From the NCBI GenBank assembly GCA_030537595.1, contig JAUNVR010000001.1:13232-77231 (forward strand): DNA of 64,000 nt. The letters run 5' to 3'. The notes below the pieces were generated by a model. That model made no database searches and had not been told where the DNA came from. It worked only from the letters and a program-made list of their open reading frames with translations. This DNA is from Eubacteriales bacterium. Its GTDB lineage: Bacteria; Bacillota; Clostridia; Saccharofermentanales; DTU023. Both the position numbers and the translations under genes were made by a program. How positions within the stretch are numbered: position 1 is the first letter of the stretch; each line of letters starts with the position of its first letter. Below are positions 27,291 through 35,368 of the stretch, piece after piece.

Positions 27291-28199
27291 CTAGGCTGCT
27301 TTGCCCGACTTGGTCAGCTTAAACTGCAGGGCTGAGAAGAGGGCAATAATAATCGCCAGGATGATTCCCATCGCATTCGCATAGCCGTAGCGATAGAGGC
27401 GGAAAACCTGGTAGTAGATGTAGTACATGACGGTTGAAGTCGAGTTATTGGGACCGCCGGAAGTCAAGAGCTGAATCAGGGCAAAGCACTGGAAGCTATT
27501 GATTGTCGTAATGACTAGGATATAGAGGGTGGTCGGCATAATCGAAGGCCACTTAATCTTCCAGAAGACCTGGCGCCGGTTGGCCCCATCGACTTCTGCG
27601 GCTTCGATTAAAGACTTGTCGACATTACCCAGGGCGGCAACGTAGAGCACTATCGGCTGCCCGATAGAGGTTGTAAACAAAATCAGAATAATACACCAGA
27701 TGGCATAGCGCTCATCGCCGAGCCAGCTGATGTTCTTTTCAATTAAACCGAGGCTTTTTAGACCGTAATTGAAAAAGCCGTAGTATTGGTTGAACATCCA
27801 TTTCCAGACCACAGTAACTGCGACTGTACCGGTGACTACGGGAAGATAGAAGATAATGCGGAAAAAGGAGCGCAGGCCGGCCGCCAGCTCATAAATAGCT
27901 GAAGCAACCCAAAGTGAAAAGGCAGTGACCGTAGGTACTGCGACTAAGACGATTAGGGCTGTGTTCTTTAATGAGCGGAGAAAGACCGGATCGCTGAAGA
28001 GTTCCTTATAGTTGGCGAGGCCGACAAATTCGAAACTCTCCATTGTGTGGTTAAAAAAGCTGGTGACGAGGGCGATGCCCATCGGCACAATTACAAAAGC
28101 GAGGAAAAAGAAGAGGCTGGGTAGCAGGAAAAGATAAGCGGTTATGGTCTCCCGCCGACGCAGTGCTCGACTCCTCTTTAAGGCTGCTTTCGGCAACAT
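27291..28199 (-). CDS. carbohydrate ABC transporter permease
   Basis: 302 aa, EAA loop EAAEVDGANRRQVFWKIKWP. Confidence 0.85.
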   Translation of the reverse strand: MLPKAALKRSRALRRRETITAYLFLLPSLFFFLAFVIVPMGIALVTSFFNHTMESFEFVGLANYKELFSDPVFLRSLKNTALIVLVAVPTVTAFSLWVASAIYELAAGLRSFFRIIFYLPVVTGTVAVTVVWKWMFNQYYGFFNYGLKSLGLIEKNISWLGDERYAIWCIILILFTTSIGQPIVLYVAALGNVDKSLIEAAEVDGANRRQVFWKIKWPSIMPTTLYILVITTINSFQCFALIQLLTSGGPNNSTSTVMYYIYYQVFRLYRYGYANAMGIILAIIIALFSALQFKLTKSGKAA

Positions 28200-28270
28200 A
28201 AGACACCTCTTTGCTTTAAAAATCGGGGGACCTACTGGCCCCCCGGGTGAATACTTAGCTAAGCTTTAAC

Positions 28271-29638
28271 TTATTCTACTGTAGCTTCTTGGACGTAGGT
28301 GTCAGCTGCGCTTTGGACATCCTCACCGGAGAAAATCTTTTGCAGCATATTCCACCATGCTGTACGCTGTTCTGCCCAGCCCGGTGTGACGTTGTAGTAG
28401 TCGCCGATGTAAGGCATGAAGGTGGAGTAGACGGACATCCGCTCTTCATCTTCGGTGCCTGCATAGACGTTGCCAAAGGAGTTGCGAACCGGGAAGAAGC
28501 CGGTGGCGCGGACACTTTCGGGTCCCTGTGCCGGATCGTCAGCGACGAAGCTGATGAACTTTTTAGCGGCGGCGATTTTGGCCTCGTCACCATTGTTAAA
28601 GACGCCAAAGCCCCAGATACCACCGGCGAGCTCAGGTTTCTCCTGGTCGGTCGGGAAGGCGACGGGGTATGGTGTGAAGGTGACCTGGCTGGCATAGTTA
28701 GCTTCGTTTGAAGCGTTCCAGCAGATTGACATGGCGACTGTGCCGTTGGCAAAGAGTTGGAGTTCGTCTGAAGCGACGATACCAGCGTCGTGACCGATTA
28801 GACCGGCCTTGTCCCAATCGACTAGCTGTTGCAGACCCTTGACGCCCTCGGGGGAGTTCATGGTCCAAGCAGTGTGCTCGGGGTTGGCAAATTTTGCGCC
28901 GTAGAGGTTGGCTGCGAGGGCTCTGTGACCCTGGTCGCCACCTTGACCGCCGCAGTAGACAATGAGCTTATTCTCAACGCCGTGCTCATCGAGAGCCTTC
29001 AGGGCCTTCTCGAAGTTCTCGGTGGTCCAGGTGCGGCTTTCTTCATCGATGTACTGCATGGCATCAGCAGCTTCAAATAATTCCTTATTAATGGCCATGA
29101 CGTGGGTGGTCATGCAGAGGGGGTACTCGTAGTAGGCACCATCGGACCACTTACAGGCATCAACAACAGCCTGGCTGGTGGCGCTGATATCGGCCAAAGC
29201 TTCTTCGGTCCAGAGATCTTTCAGATCGACCAACTTGCCCTTTGCGCCCCAGTTACTAACTAGACGTTCGGGCCCTTCCATAATGATGTCAGGGGTGGTA
29301 CCGGCTTCGATTGCAGCAGTGACCTGGTCGTCACCTGACTGGTAGTCGAGGTATTCGACCTTAACTTTAATTTCCGGGTGCAGTTCGTTGAATTTTGCGA
29401 TAAAGCCGTCAACAGTAGCGGAATCCTTCCAAGCGCCGATCGGGTAGGTCCAGAGTGTAATCTCTGTAGCCTCTCCCTCGGCCGGCTCGGCGGCCTGTTC
29501 GCTATCAGCTGCATCAGCTGGAGCATCTGCATCTGCTGTATTGGCATCGTCTTGCGGTGCTGTGGTCTTTTGGTTGTCGCAGGCGACTAGAGCAAAGAGC
29601 ATCAGCGATGCGAGTAAGAGTGCTAAAAACTTTTTCAT
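28271..29638 (-). CDS. extracellular solute-binding lipoprotein of the sugar ABC importer (sialic acid by context)
   Basis: Lipobox LFALVAC, an Ala/Asp/Glu-rich linker, then a family-1 SBP-like body. First gene of the transporter-nanAEK unit. Confidence 0.85.
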   Translation of the reverse strand: MKKFLALLLASLMLFALVACDNQKTTAPQDDANTADADAPADAADSEQAAEPAEGEATEITLWTYPIGAWKDSATVDGFIAKFNELHPEIKVKVEYLDYQSGDDQVTAAIEAGTTPDIIMEGPERLVSNWGAKGKLVDLKDLWTEEALADISATSQAVVDACKWSDGAYYEYPLCMTTHVMAINKELFEAADAMQYIDEESRTWTTENFEKALKALDEHGVENKLIVYCGGQGGDQGHRALAANLYGAKFANPEHTAWTMNSPEGVKGLQQLVDWDKAGLIGHDAGIVASDELQLFANGTVAMSICWNASNEANYASQVTFTPYPVAFPTDQEKPELAGGIWGFGVFNNGDEAKIAAAKKFISFVADDPAQGPESVRATGFFPVRNSFGNVYAGTEDEERMSVYSTFMPYIGDYYNVTPGWAEQRTAWWNMLQKIFSGEDVQSAADTYVQEATVE

Positions 29639-29857
29639 TTTCGTTCCTCCTGGTGAACGTGGAGCCTCAGCTCCAGTCTGTTTCGCTTTATTCTCTGCTT
29701 TTACTCCGGCTCACTGAGCCTCGAGAAAAGCAAAATGAAGCAAATTTTCATCAAATCCTAGTTTAGGAAATTTATACCAAATAGTCAAGGCGAAAGCTTG
29801 AAAATATGGCGTTTTACACAAGTTGCAAAAGGCTTCTTTGGCCAAGGTGCTGAGTTT

Positions 29858-29890
29858 AAAAGTGCCTAGTCAGACGGGCTGACTAAGCAC
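29858..29890 (-). terminator. rho-independent terminator after the MsmK-type ATPase gene
   Basis: 12-bp stem (gtgcctagtcag / ctgactaagcac, one mismatch) with a 5-nt loop. On the minus strand it is followed by TTTT. Confidence 0.65.
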
Positions 29891-29899
29891 TCAATAGCT

Positions 29900-31117
29900 T
29901 TAGGCATAAATTAGATTCTGCTCATCTGGTCCAAAGAGGTGGGGCAGGTTCCCATTAAAGCTAAAGTTCACCTCTTCACCTGGCTTGAAGCCATAGCGAT
30001 GTTCTGGCGGTAAGTCCACACTATTGACCGCGAGTACGACCTCGTTCTGGGCGACCTTAGCGTGGAGGTGGAGGGTTGAACCCATCATCTCGCAGACCTC
30101 GACTGTAGCCTTTAGATGCGGCTCGGTAGTGGCGCTGTCGCAGAGGGTCAAATGTTCGGGGCGGATACCGAGAATAATCGGGCCGGCCTGGACTTTTTTC
30201 TGACTCAGACCGCTTTGTAAGTCTGCTCCGAGCGGGAAGTCGACTCCGGAAATGCGGGCGAGGTACTTGCCGTCTTCGAGGACTAGCTCAGCCGGGAAGA
30301 AGTTCATCTGCGGCGAGCCGATAAAGGCTGCGACGAAGAGGTTTTCCGGCCGGTCAAAGACCTCCTGCGGAGTGCCAACCTGCATGATGAAGCCGTCTTT
30401 CATAATCACGATTCGATCGCCGAGGGTCATAGCCTCAGTCTGGTCGTGGGTGACGTAGACAAAGGTCGTCTTAATTCTCTGGCGGAGTTTGATAATTTCG
30501 GCGCGCATCTGATTTCTGAGCTTTGCATCGAGGTTCGAAAGCGGCTCGTCCATCAGGAAGACCTTGGGATCACGGACGATCGCCCGGCCAATCGCGACTC
30601 TCTGGCGCTGCCCGCCGGAGAGGGCCTTCGGGAGGCGGTCGAGGTAGTGCGTAATATCGAGGATTTCGGCAGCCTCGCGCACTTTCTGATCAATAATCTC
30701 TGGCTTTTCTTTACGCAGTTCGAGGCCAAAGGCCATATTCTTGTAGACTGTCATGTGAGGGTAGAGCGCATAGCTTTGGAAAACCATGGCAATATCCCGA
30801 TCCTTTGGCGCAACATCGTTAACCAGGCGCCCGTCGATGTAGAGCTCGCCGGAGGTGATTTCCTCCAAACCGGCAATCATTCTGAGGGTAGTTGACTTAC
30901 CGCAGCCGGAAGGCCCGACCAAAACGATAAATTCATTGTCAGCAATTTCCAAATTGAAATCGTGAACCGCAATTACCCCATCTTGAGTGACCACCGGCTG
31001 GTTCTTTTGCTGCTCCTGAACCGCGCCGCTTTTGGCCTTCTTCTTTTGTTCCTTCTTGTTCTCGCGACTCCCGTGAGGGTAGATCTTCTGCACATTCTTT
31101 AAGACTACATTTGCCAT
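29900..31117 (-). CDS. MsmK/MsiK/UgpC-type sugar ABC transporter ATP-binding protein
   Basis: GPSGCGKST Walker [15 protein letters not shown] and [11 protein letters not shown] motifs, MalK-like C-terminal regulatory domain. A Lys-rich insert of about 30 residues follows the first beta-strand. Confidence 0.9.
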   Translation of the reverse strand: MANVVLKNVQKIYPHGSRENKKEQKKKAKSGAVQEQQKNQPVVTQDGVIAVHDFNLEIADNEFIVLVGPSGCGKSTTLRMIAGLEEITSGELYIDGRLVNDVAPKDRDIAMVFQSYALYPHMTVYKNMAFGLELRKEKPEIIDQKVREAAEILDITHYLDRLPKALSGGQRQRVAIGRAIVRDPKVFLMDEPLSNLDAKLRNQMRAEIIKLRQRIKTTFVYVTHDQTEAMTLGDRIVIMKDGFIMQVGTPQEVFDRPENLFVAAFIGSPQMNFFPAELVLEDGKYLARISGVDFPLGADLQSGLSQKKVQAGPIILGIRPEHLTLCDSATTEPHLKATVEVCEMMGSTLHLHAKVAQNEVVLAVNSVDLPPEHRYGFKPGEEVNFSFNGNLPHLFGPDEQNLIYA

Positions 31118-31283
31118 TTTTTGAACTCCAGTAGACAGGACTCCTCCCGGCTACCTCGCCCTGTGGCGGCTCAGTCTAATCAGCTCAAAGGCTGATTTTA
31201 GACCTTTGTCCACCGGACCTTACGACAGGTCTCCACGCTGCCGCAGCTTGAGTTAAAGCATCCTTTCATAGTGCCTCCCCGGG
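31118..31283 (-). other. GC-rich structured intergenic region (leader of the ATPase gene), possibly containing a 23-codon ORF
   Basis: 166 nt that is much more GC-rich than other spacers. Verified hairpin at 31174-31203 (gtctaaaatcagc / gctgattagac arms). Direct repeat ggagaCctgtc / ggagtCctgtc. Possible ORF at 31198-31269 preceded by GGGGAGG. Confidence 0.35.
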
Positions 31284-31988
31284 CTATTCATGGCGTGGAG
31301 GAATAACCGGGTGGAAAATAGTTCCGTCAGTCTGCTCAAAGGAAAAGAGCTGGGAGAGGACGGGTTCGAAAAGCGCTGCCAGGAGATAAAGAATTAGCCC
31401 CGGCAGGATGAAAAGAGGCCAGATATAAAAGGCCGATTTAGCCAAAATATAAAGACCTCCGCCGACTATCATTACAGCCAGAAGGCTGCGCAGACCAAGT
31501 TTGAAAAAATAAGCGAGCGAAAAAGTAAAGGCCTTTCGCCCCTTAAAGAGCGCAAATTCCTCAGTCCTCTCTGCCGCCTCAGCTAAGTGGCGCAAGCAAG
31601 CCAAGTGCCAGATTAGATAGGTCAAAATAAATACAGAGAGAAAGCTGATTGCGTAATATAGACTGCCCATGGTGCTGGGCTTTAAATTTACTGAAAGTAG
31701 AAAGTTTGGCCAAAGATATAGATAGTTCAAGGCCAAAATGAAAAGCCCCAAGGAGATGATTAAGCTGGCCTGCCAAAACTTTTTAAAGGCCGTGCGGAAA
31801 CTGGTGAAAAAGACGCGCTCGTCCTGGCGCAGCAATTTATCCGTGGCAGTGTAGGCAGCTGCCAGACCCGGTCCACTAGCGACAATACTGAGGCTAGTTA
31901 AGAGCACACTGAGCGAAATCAGGAGCAGGTCGGCAAGATGTCGAAGCCAAGTCCACAGCTTCAATTCAGGATTGAAGAAGCTGGACAT
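31284..31988 (-). CDS. YesL/DUF624-family membrane protein (accessory to sugar ABC systems)
   Basis: 234 aa with about 6 hydrophobic helices. The N-terminus (..LADLLLISLSVLLTSLSIVASGPGLAAAYTATDKLLRQDE..) resembles the YesL family. Location is upstream of the ABC ATPase. Confidence 0.6.
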   Translation of the reverse strand: MSSFFNPELKLWTWLRHLADLLLISLSVLLTSLSIVASGPGLAAAYTATDKLLRQDERVFFTSFRTAFKKFWQASLIISLGLFILALNYLYLWPNFLLSVNLKPSTMGSLYYAISFLSVFILTYLIWHLACLRHLAEAAERTEEFALFKGRKAFTFSLAYFFKLGLRSLLAVMIVGGGLYILAKSAFYIWPLFILPGLILYLLAALFEPVLSQLFSFEQTDGTIFHPVIPPRHE

Positions 31989-32105
31989 CAGAGCACCTCC
32001 TTAAAAAGAGTTCTTAGTGAAAGTATAGCCTAAAGCGCCGAGGATGTGAAAGGCGGTTTAGAAAAAAGTTCCTGAATTCATATTAACGGAAAAAATCTTC
32101 AGACT

Positions 32106-32165
32106 GCACTAAAAATTCGCTTAAAAATTGTGCAATAAAACAGTCAAAGGCTTGATTTTTAGTGC
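32106..32165. promoter_or_regulatory. perfect 11-bp inverted repeat (gcactaaaaat ... atttttagtgc) in the divergent yesL/grdX control region
   Basis: Arms at 32106-32116 and 32155-32165 with a 38-nt spacer. Further TGCA-containing half-sites lie nearby. A TTGCAC-N17-TAAATT promoter-like sequence follows at 32167-32195. Confidence 0.3.
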
Positions 32166-32267
32166 TTTGCACCTTGTCAAATGATTTTCTAAATTAGCTT
32201 GTCGGCGGAACTTTTCTCCGTTAAAATAAATGGAAAGGCTTGTATTTACACACACAGGCTAAAGAAT

Positions 32268-32645
32268 ATGCGGAGGTCCAACTTGTCTTTCCAAATTGTA
32301 ACGAACAACCCACAGGTGATTAAAGAATTCCCGTCATGCCTCGAAGTCGAGGGTGATATTGAGGCGGTTTTACGCCGCGTCAGAGATCTGGTTTATGAAG
32401 GTTACGGCTTAATTTCAATGCCCTTACCGGCTAGTTTGAAACTACTTTATTCCCCGGTGCGCTCTGTCCTAATTACTAGTGAAAAGCAGGAAGTAAACCC
32501 CGTAGCAGCAGAAATCGCGGGCAATAGCGTGCTGACTTTAGAACGCACCCGTGGCCAGAGAGGCCCGGACTTACGCCATCGCTCCGATTATGAAAAGCTT
32601 GATTACATTTTAGTGCAACAAGCAATTGCAGAAAGCAGGAGGTGA
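32268..32645 (+). CDS. grdX: GrdX-like protein
   Basis: ..SFQIVTNNPQVIKEF.. resembles the N-terminus of GrdX, and the gene sits directly before grdE. The start is uncertain: ATG 32268, or TTG 32283, which has GGAGG 6 nt upstream. Confidence 0.6.
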   Translation: MRRSNLSFQIVTNNPQVIKEFPSCLEVEGDIEAVLRRVRDLVYEGYGLISMPLPASLKLLYSPVRSVLITSEKQEVNPVAAEIAGNSVLTLERTRGQRGPDLRHRSDYEKLDYILVQQAIAESRR

Positions 32646-32649
32646 TCCA

Positions 32650-33939
32650 TTGAAACTCGAATTACAAAACGTGAAGATCACAGATCTAGAATTTGGGCCA
32701 AAAATGGACGTAGTCGGTGAGAAACTGATCATCGATAAGGAATTACTACGCGAAAAACTACTTAAAGTCCCCGGAGTTAAAGAGATTAAAATTGATCTCG
32801 CAAAACCGGGTGAGAAATGCCGGATTATCCCGGTCAAAGACGTGATTGAACCACGGGTCAAAGTCGAAGGCAAAGGCAAGGGCTTCCCCGGTGTCACAGC
32901 TGAGGTTGAACCTTGCGGTGACGGCGTCGTGAAGGTGCTAAAGGGCGCTGCAGTCGTGACCATTGGTGATATTGTCGGCTTCCAGGAAGGTGTCATCGAT
33001 ATGTGGGGCGAAGGGGCCAAGTGGACTCCCTTCTCAAAAACCTGCAATATCGTTGTCGACATTACCCCCGAAGCCGGTTTACATCCCCACGAGCATGAAG
33101 CGACCTGCCGCCTAGTCGGACTCAGAGCTTCAGAATTAATCGGCGAAGCAGCTCGCGAAGCCGAGGCTCAGGAGAGCGAAGTTTACGAGCTCGAGGACAA
33201 TCACGCAGAGCGCAAGAAATATCCGGACTTACCGGGTGTAGTCTACGTTGAAATGTTAATTTCACAGGGCTTGCTGCATGACGGCTATGCCTATGGTGTG
33301 AATACTTCACAGATTTTGCCGACGATTATCCATCCCAACGAGGAGCTGGATAACGCAATTATCAGCGGTAACTGCGTTGCGGCCTGTGACAAAATTACCA
33401 CCTACCAGCATCAGAACAATAAGGTAATCAAAGACCTCTTCAAGCTGCATGGCAAGGAAATCAACTTCCTGGGCGTTATTTTGGCCCCGGAAATGACCAC
33501 CCTAGACGGCAAGCTGAGAGTCTGCGACTACACCGCAAAGCTCTGTAAATTACTCGGCGCAGAAGGCGTTATCATCTCTGAAGAAGGTTACGGTAACCCC
33601 GACTCAGACTTGGTCATGATCTGCTCGCGCTGTGAGAAGATGGGCATGAAAACCGTTTTAATCACGGACGAATGTTCCGGTTGGGACGGCATGAGTCAGC
33701 CTCTGACCGACACTGCGGCAGAAGCCGTTGCGGTTATTTCAACAGGAAACGTATCCCATGTCGTAGAGCTTGAAAAAGCTGATCGGGTGCTAGGCGATTC
33801 AGAAGCCATTGCCAATCTGGCAGGCGGCTGGGCTGGAGCCTACAATCCGGAAGACGGCACCATGAAGTGTGAGCTGAACGCAGTTATCGGAGCAACCTCC
33901 GAAATCGGCTACCACAATGCCACTGTTGAACTATATTAA
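32650..33939 (+). CDS. grdE: glycine/sarcosine/betaine reductase protein B proprotein (GrdE-type, pyruvoyl precursor)
   Basis: About 429 aa from TTG 32650 (AGGAGGTGA RBS overlapping the grdX stop). Conserved ..IIPVKDVIEPR.., ..GVIDMWGEG.. and ..SGN-CVAAC.. (Cys242 from this start). Confidence 0.85.
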   Translation: MKLELQNVKITDLEFGPKMDVVGEKLIIDKELLREKLLKVPGVKEIKIDLAKPGEKCRIIPVKDVIEPRVKVEGKGKGFPGVTAEVEPCGDGVVKVLKGAAVVTIGDIVGFQEGVIDMWGEGAKWTPFSKTCNIVVDITPEAGLHPHEHEATCRLVGLRASELIGEAAREAEAQESEVYELEDNHAERKKYPDLPGVVYVEMLISQGLLHDGYAYGVNTSQILPTIIHPNEELDNAIISGNCVAACDKITTYQHQNNKVIKDLFKLHGKEINFLGVILAPEMTTLDGKLRVCDYTAKLCKLLGAEGVIISEEGYGNPDSDLVMICSRCEKMGMKTVLITDECSGWDGMSQPLTDTAAEAVAVISTGNVSHVVELEKADRVLGDSEAIANLAGGWAGAYNPEDGTMKCELNAVIGATSEIGYHNATVELY

Positions 33940-33951
33940 GGGAGGCCAGTT

Positions 33952-35259
33952 GTGAGCAAAAAGAAAGTTTTATATTACTTAAACCAATTCTTCGGCCAAA
34001 TCGGTGGAGAAGATCAAGCACATATCCCACCCCAAATTAAAGAAGAGGCCGTCGGCCCTGGCACAGCCATCGTCGGGCAAATCGCCGACGCAGCCGAGCT
34101 CGTCGCCACCTTTATTTGCGGTGATAACTACTTCAACGAGAATCGTGATGCAGTAGTCAAAGAGCTGGAAGCAGCATATGAGAAGTACCAGCCAGATCTC
34201 GTCATCGCCGGTCCGGCCTTCAACGCCGGTCGTTACGGTGTCGCCTGCGCAGGTGTTGCTAAATTCTTTAATGAAAAAGGCGTACCCGTAGTCAGTGGTA
34301 TGTACGAAGAAAACCCCGGTCTCGAAGAAGCCAGAGCTGCTGCCTATGTAGTCAGCACCGGTGATTCAGCAGGGACCATGCGGAAAGCCATCCCCCCGAT
34401 GGTCAAGCTCTGCCAAAAGCTCTTAAAGGGCGAGACCCCGAAGCCCCTGGAAGATGATTATTTTGCCCAGGGCAAGCGCCTGACCATCCTGGTCGAGAAA
34501 GACGGCTCGGAACGCGCCATGGAGATGCTCCTGAAGCGGCTCAAAGGTGAAGAATTCACCACTGAGTTACCGATGCCAGTCTTTGACGTAGTCGAGCCTG
34601 CAGCGGCCATCGCCGACCTCAGCAAGGCGACCATAGCCCTGGTTACTTCCGGCGGTATTGTGCCGCAGGGTAACCCCGACCACATTCAGTCGGCCTCGGC
34701 CCAGATGTGGGGCAAGTATGACGTCTCCGAGCTGAAAGAGCTGAAGGGCACATACTGCACGATCCACGGTGGTTACGACCCGGTTTATGCCAATGAATGG
34801 GCTGACCGTGTTGCACCTCTGGACGAGCTGAAAAAGCTCGAAGCAGCAGGCAAAATCGGCAGCGTTTACAAGTATTTCTACACCACCACAGGAACTGGTA
34901 CATCAGTCGCCAACTCAGAGAAATTCGGCCGTGAAATCGGTGCAGAATTGAAAGAAGCAGGCGTTGACGGTGTAATCCTGACCTCGACCTGAGGAACCTG
35001 TACACGTTGCGGTGCAACGATGGTTAAAGAAATCGAACGCTACGGTCTGCCAATTGTCCACATGGCAACCATCACCACAATCTCCAAGTCAGTCGGCGCG
35101 AACAGAATCGTTCCGACCGTCGCAATTCCCTATCCCGTAGGCAATCCTGCCTTAGCCGAGAAGGAAGAGCCGGTCCGTGAAGAGCTCGTCGAGCGCGCAA
35201 TTACTGCACTCGGAACTGAAGTTACAGAACCCACAATTTTCAAAGCTGAAGAAATTTAA
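33952..35259 (+). CDS. grdB: glycine/sarcosine/betaine reductase selenoprotein B (GrdB-type); UGA at 34990-34992 is read as selenocysteine
   Basis: The ORF-track pieces 33952-34992 and 35020-35259 share one frame. Read-through gives ..GVILTST-U-GTCTRCGATMVKEIE.., the GrdB Sec motif. GTG start after GGGAGG. 435 codons in total. Confidence 0.9.
34993..35025 (+). promoter_or_regulatory. SECIS-like hairpin immediately 3' of the grdB UGA
   Basis: cgttgc-GGT-gcaacg 6-bp stem at 35005-35019 with a G/U-containing apical loop. The loop begins 19 nt after the UGA. Confidence 0.7.
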
Positions 35260-35271
35260 GCTGAAGCTTTA

Positions 35272-35304
35272 AGCCGGGGCCTTTTCTGGCCCCGGCTTTT
35301 TTTT
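35272..35304 (+). terminator. strong rho-independent terminator after grdB
   Basis: agccggggcc-ttttct-ggccccggct, a 10-bp GC stem followed by T8. Confidence 0.9.
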
Positions 35305-35368
35305 AATCAGAACTCGAAATCAGCCTAAATCTGAAGCAGATTAAGAGCGAGAAGGAAAGAGGTGCACA

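Noticed and set aside
31118-31283. I tried to assign the GC-rich spacer to a known RNA class. Candidates were a cobalamin riboswitch (ggagacctgtc resembles the B12 box GGAGACCTGCC), SRP RNA (aggtccgg), and c-di-GMP or c-di-AMP riboswitches.
   Set aside because: Only short fragments match. The other conserved blocks of those RNAs are missing (for example AGGGAA and GGTGAAA for B12, or GGAAGGAAGCAGC for SRP). The two ends are G-rich direct repeats, not complementary. It is kept only as an unclassified candidate.
35020-35259. A 79-aa ORF in the track that looks like a separate small gene.
   Set aside because: It is in frame with, and contiguous to, the upstream 346-aa ORF across a single TGA. 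It is the C-terminal part of selenoprotein GrdB.
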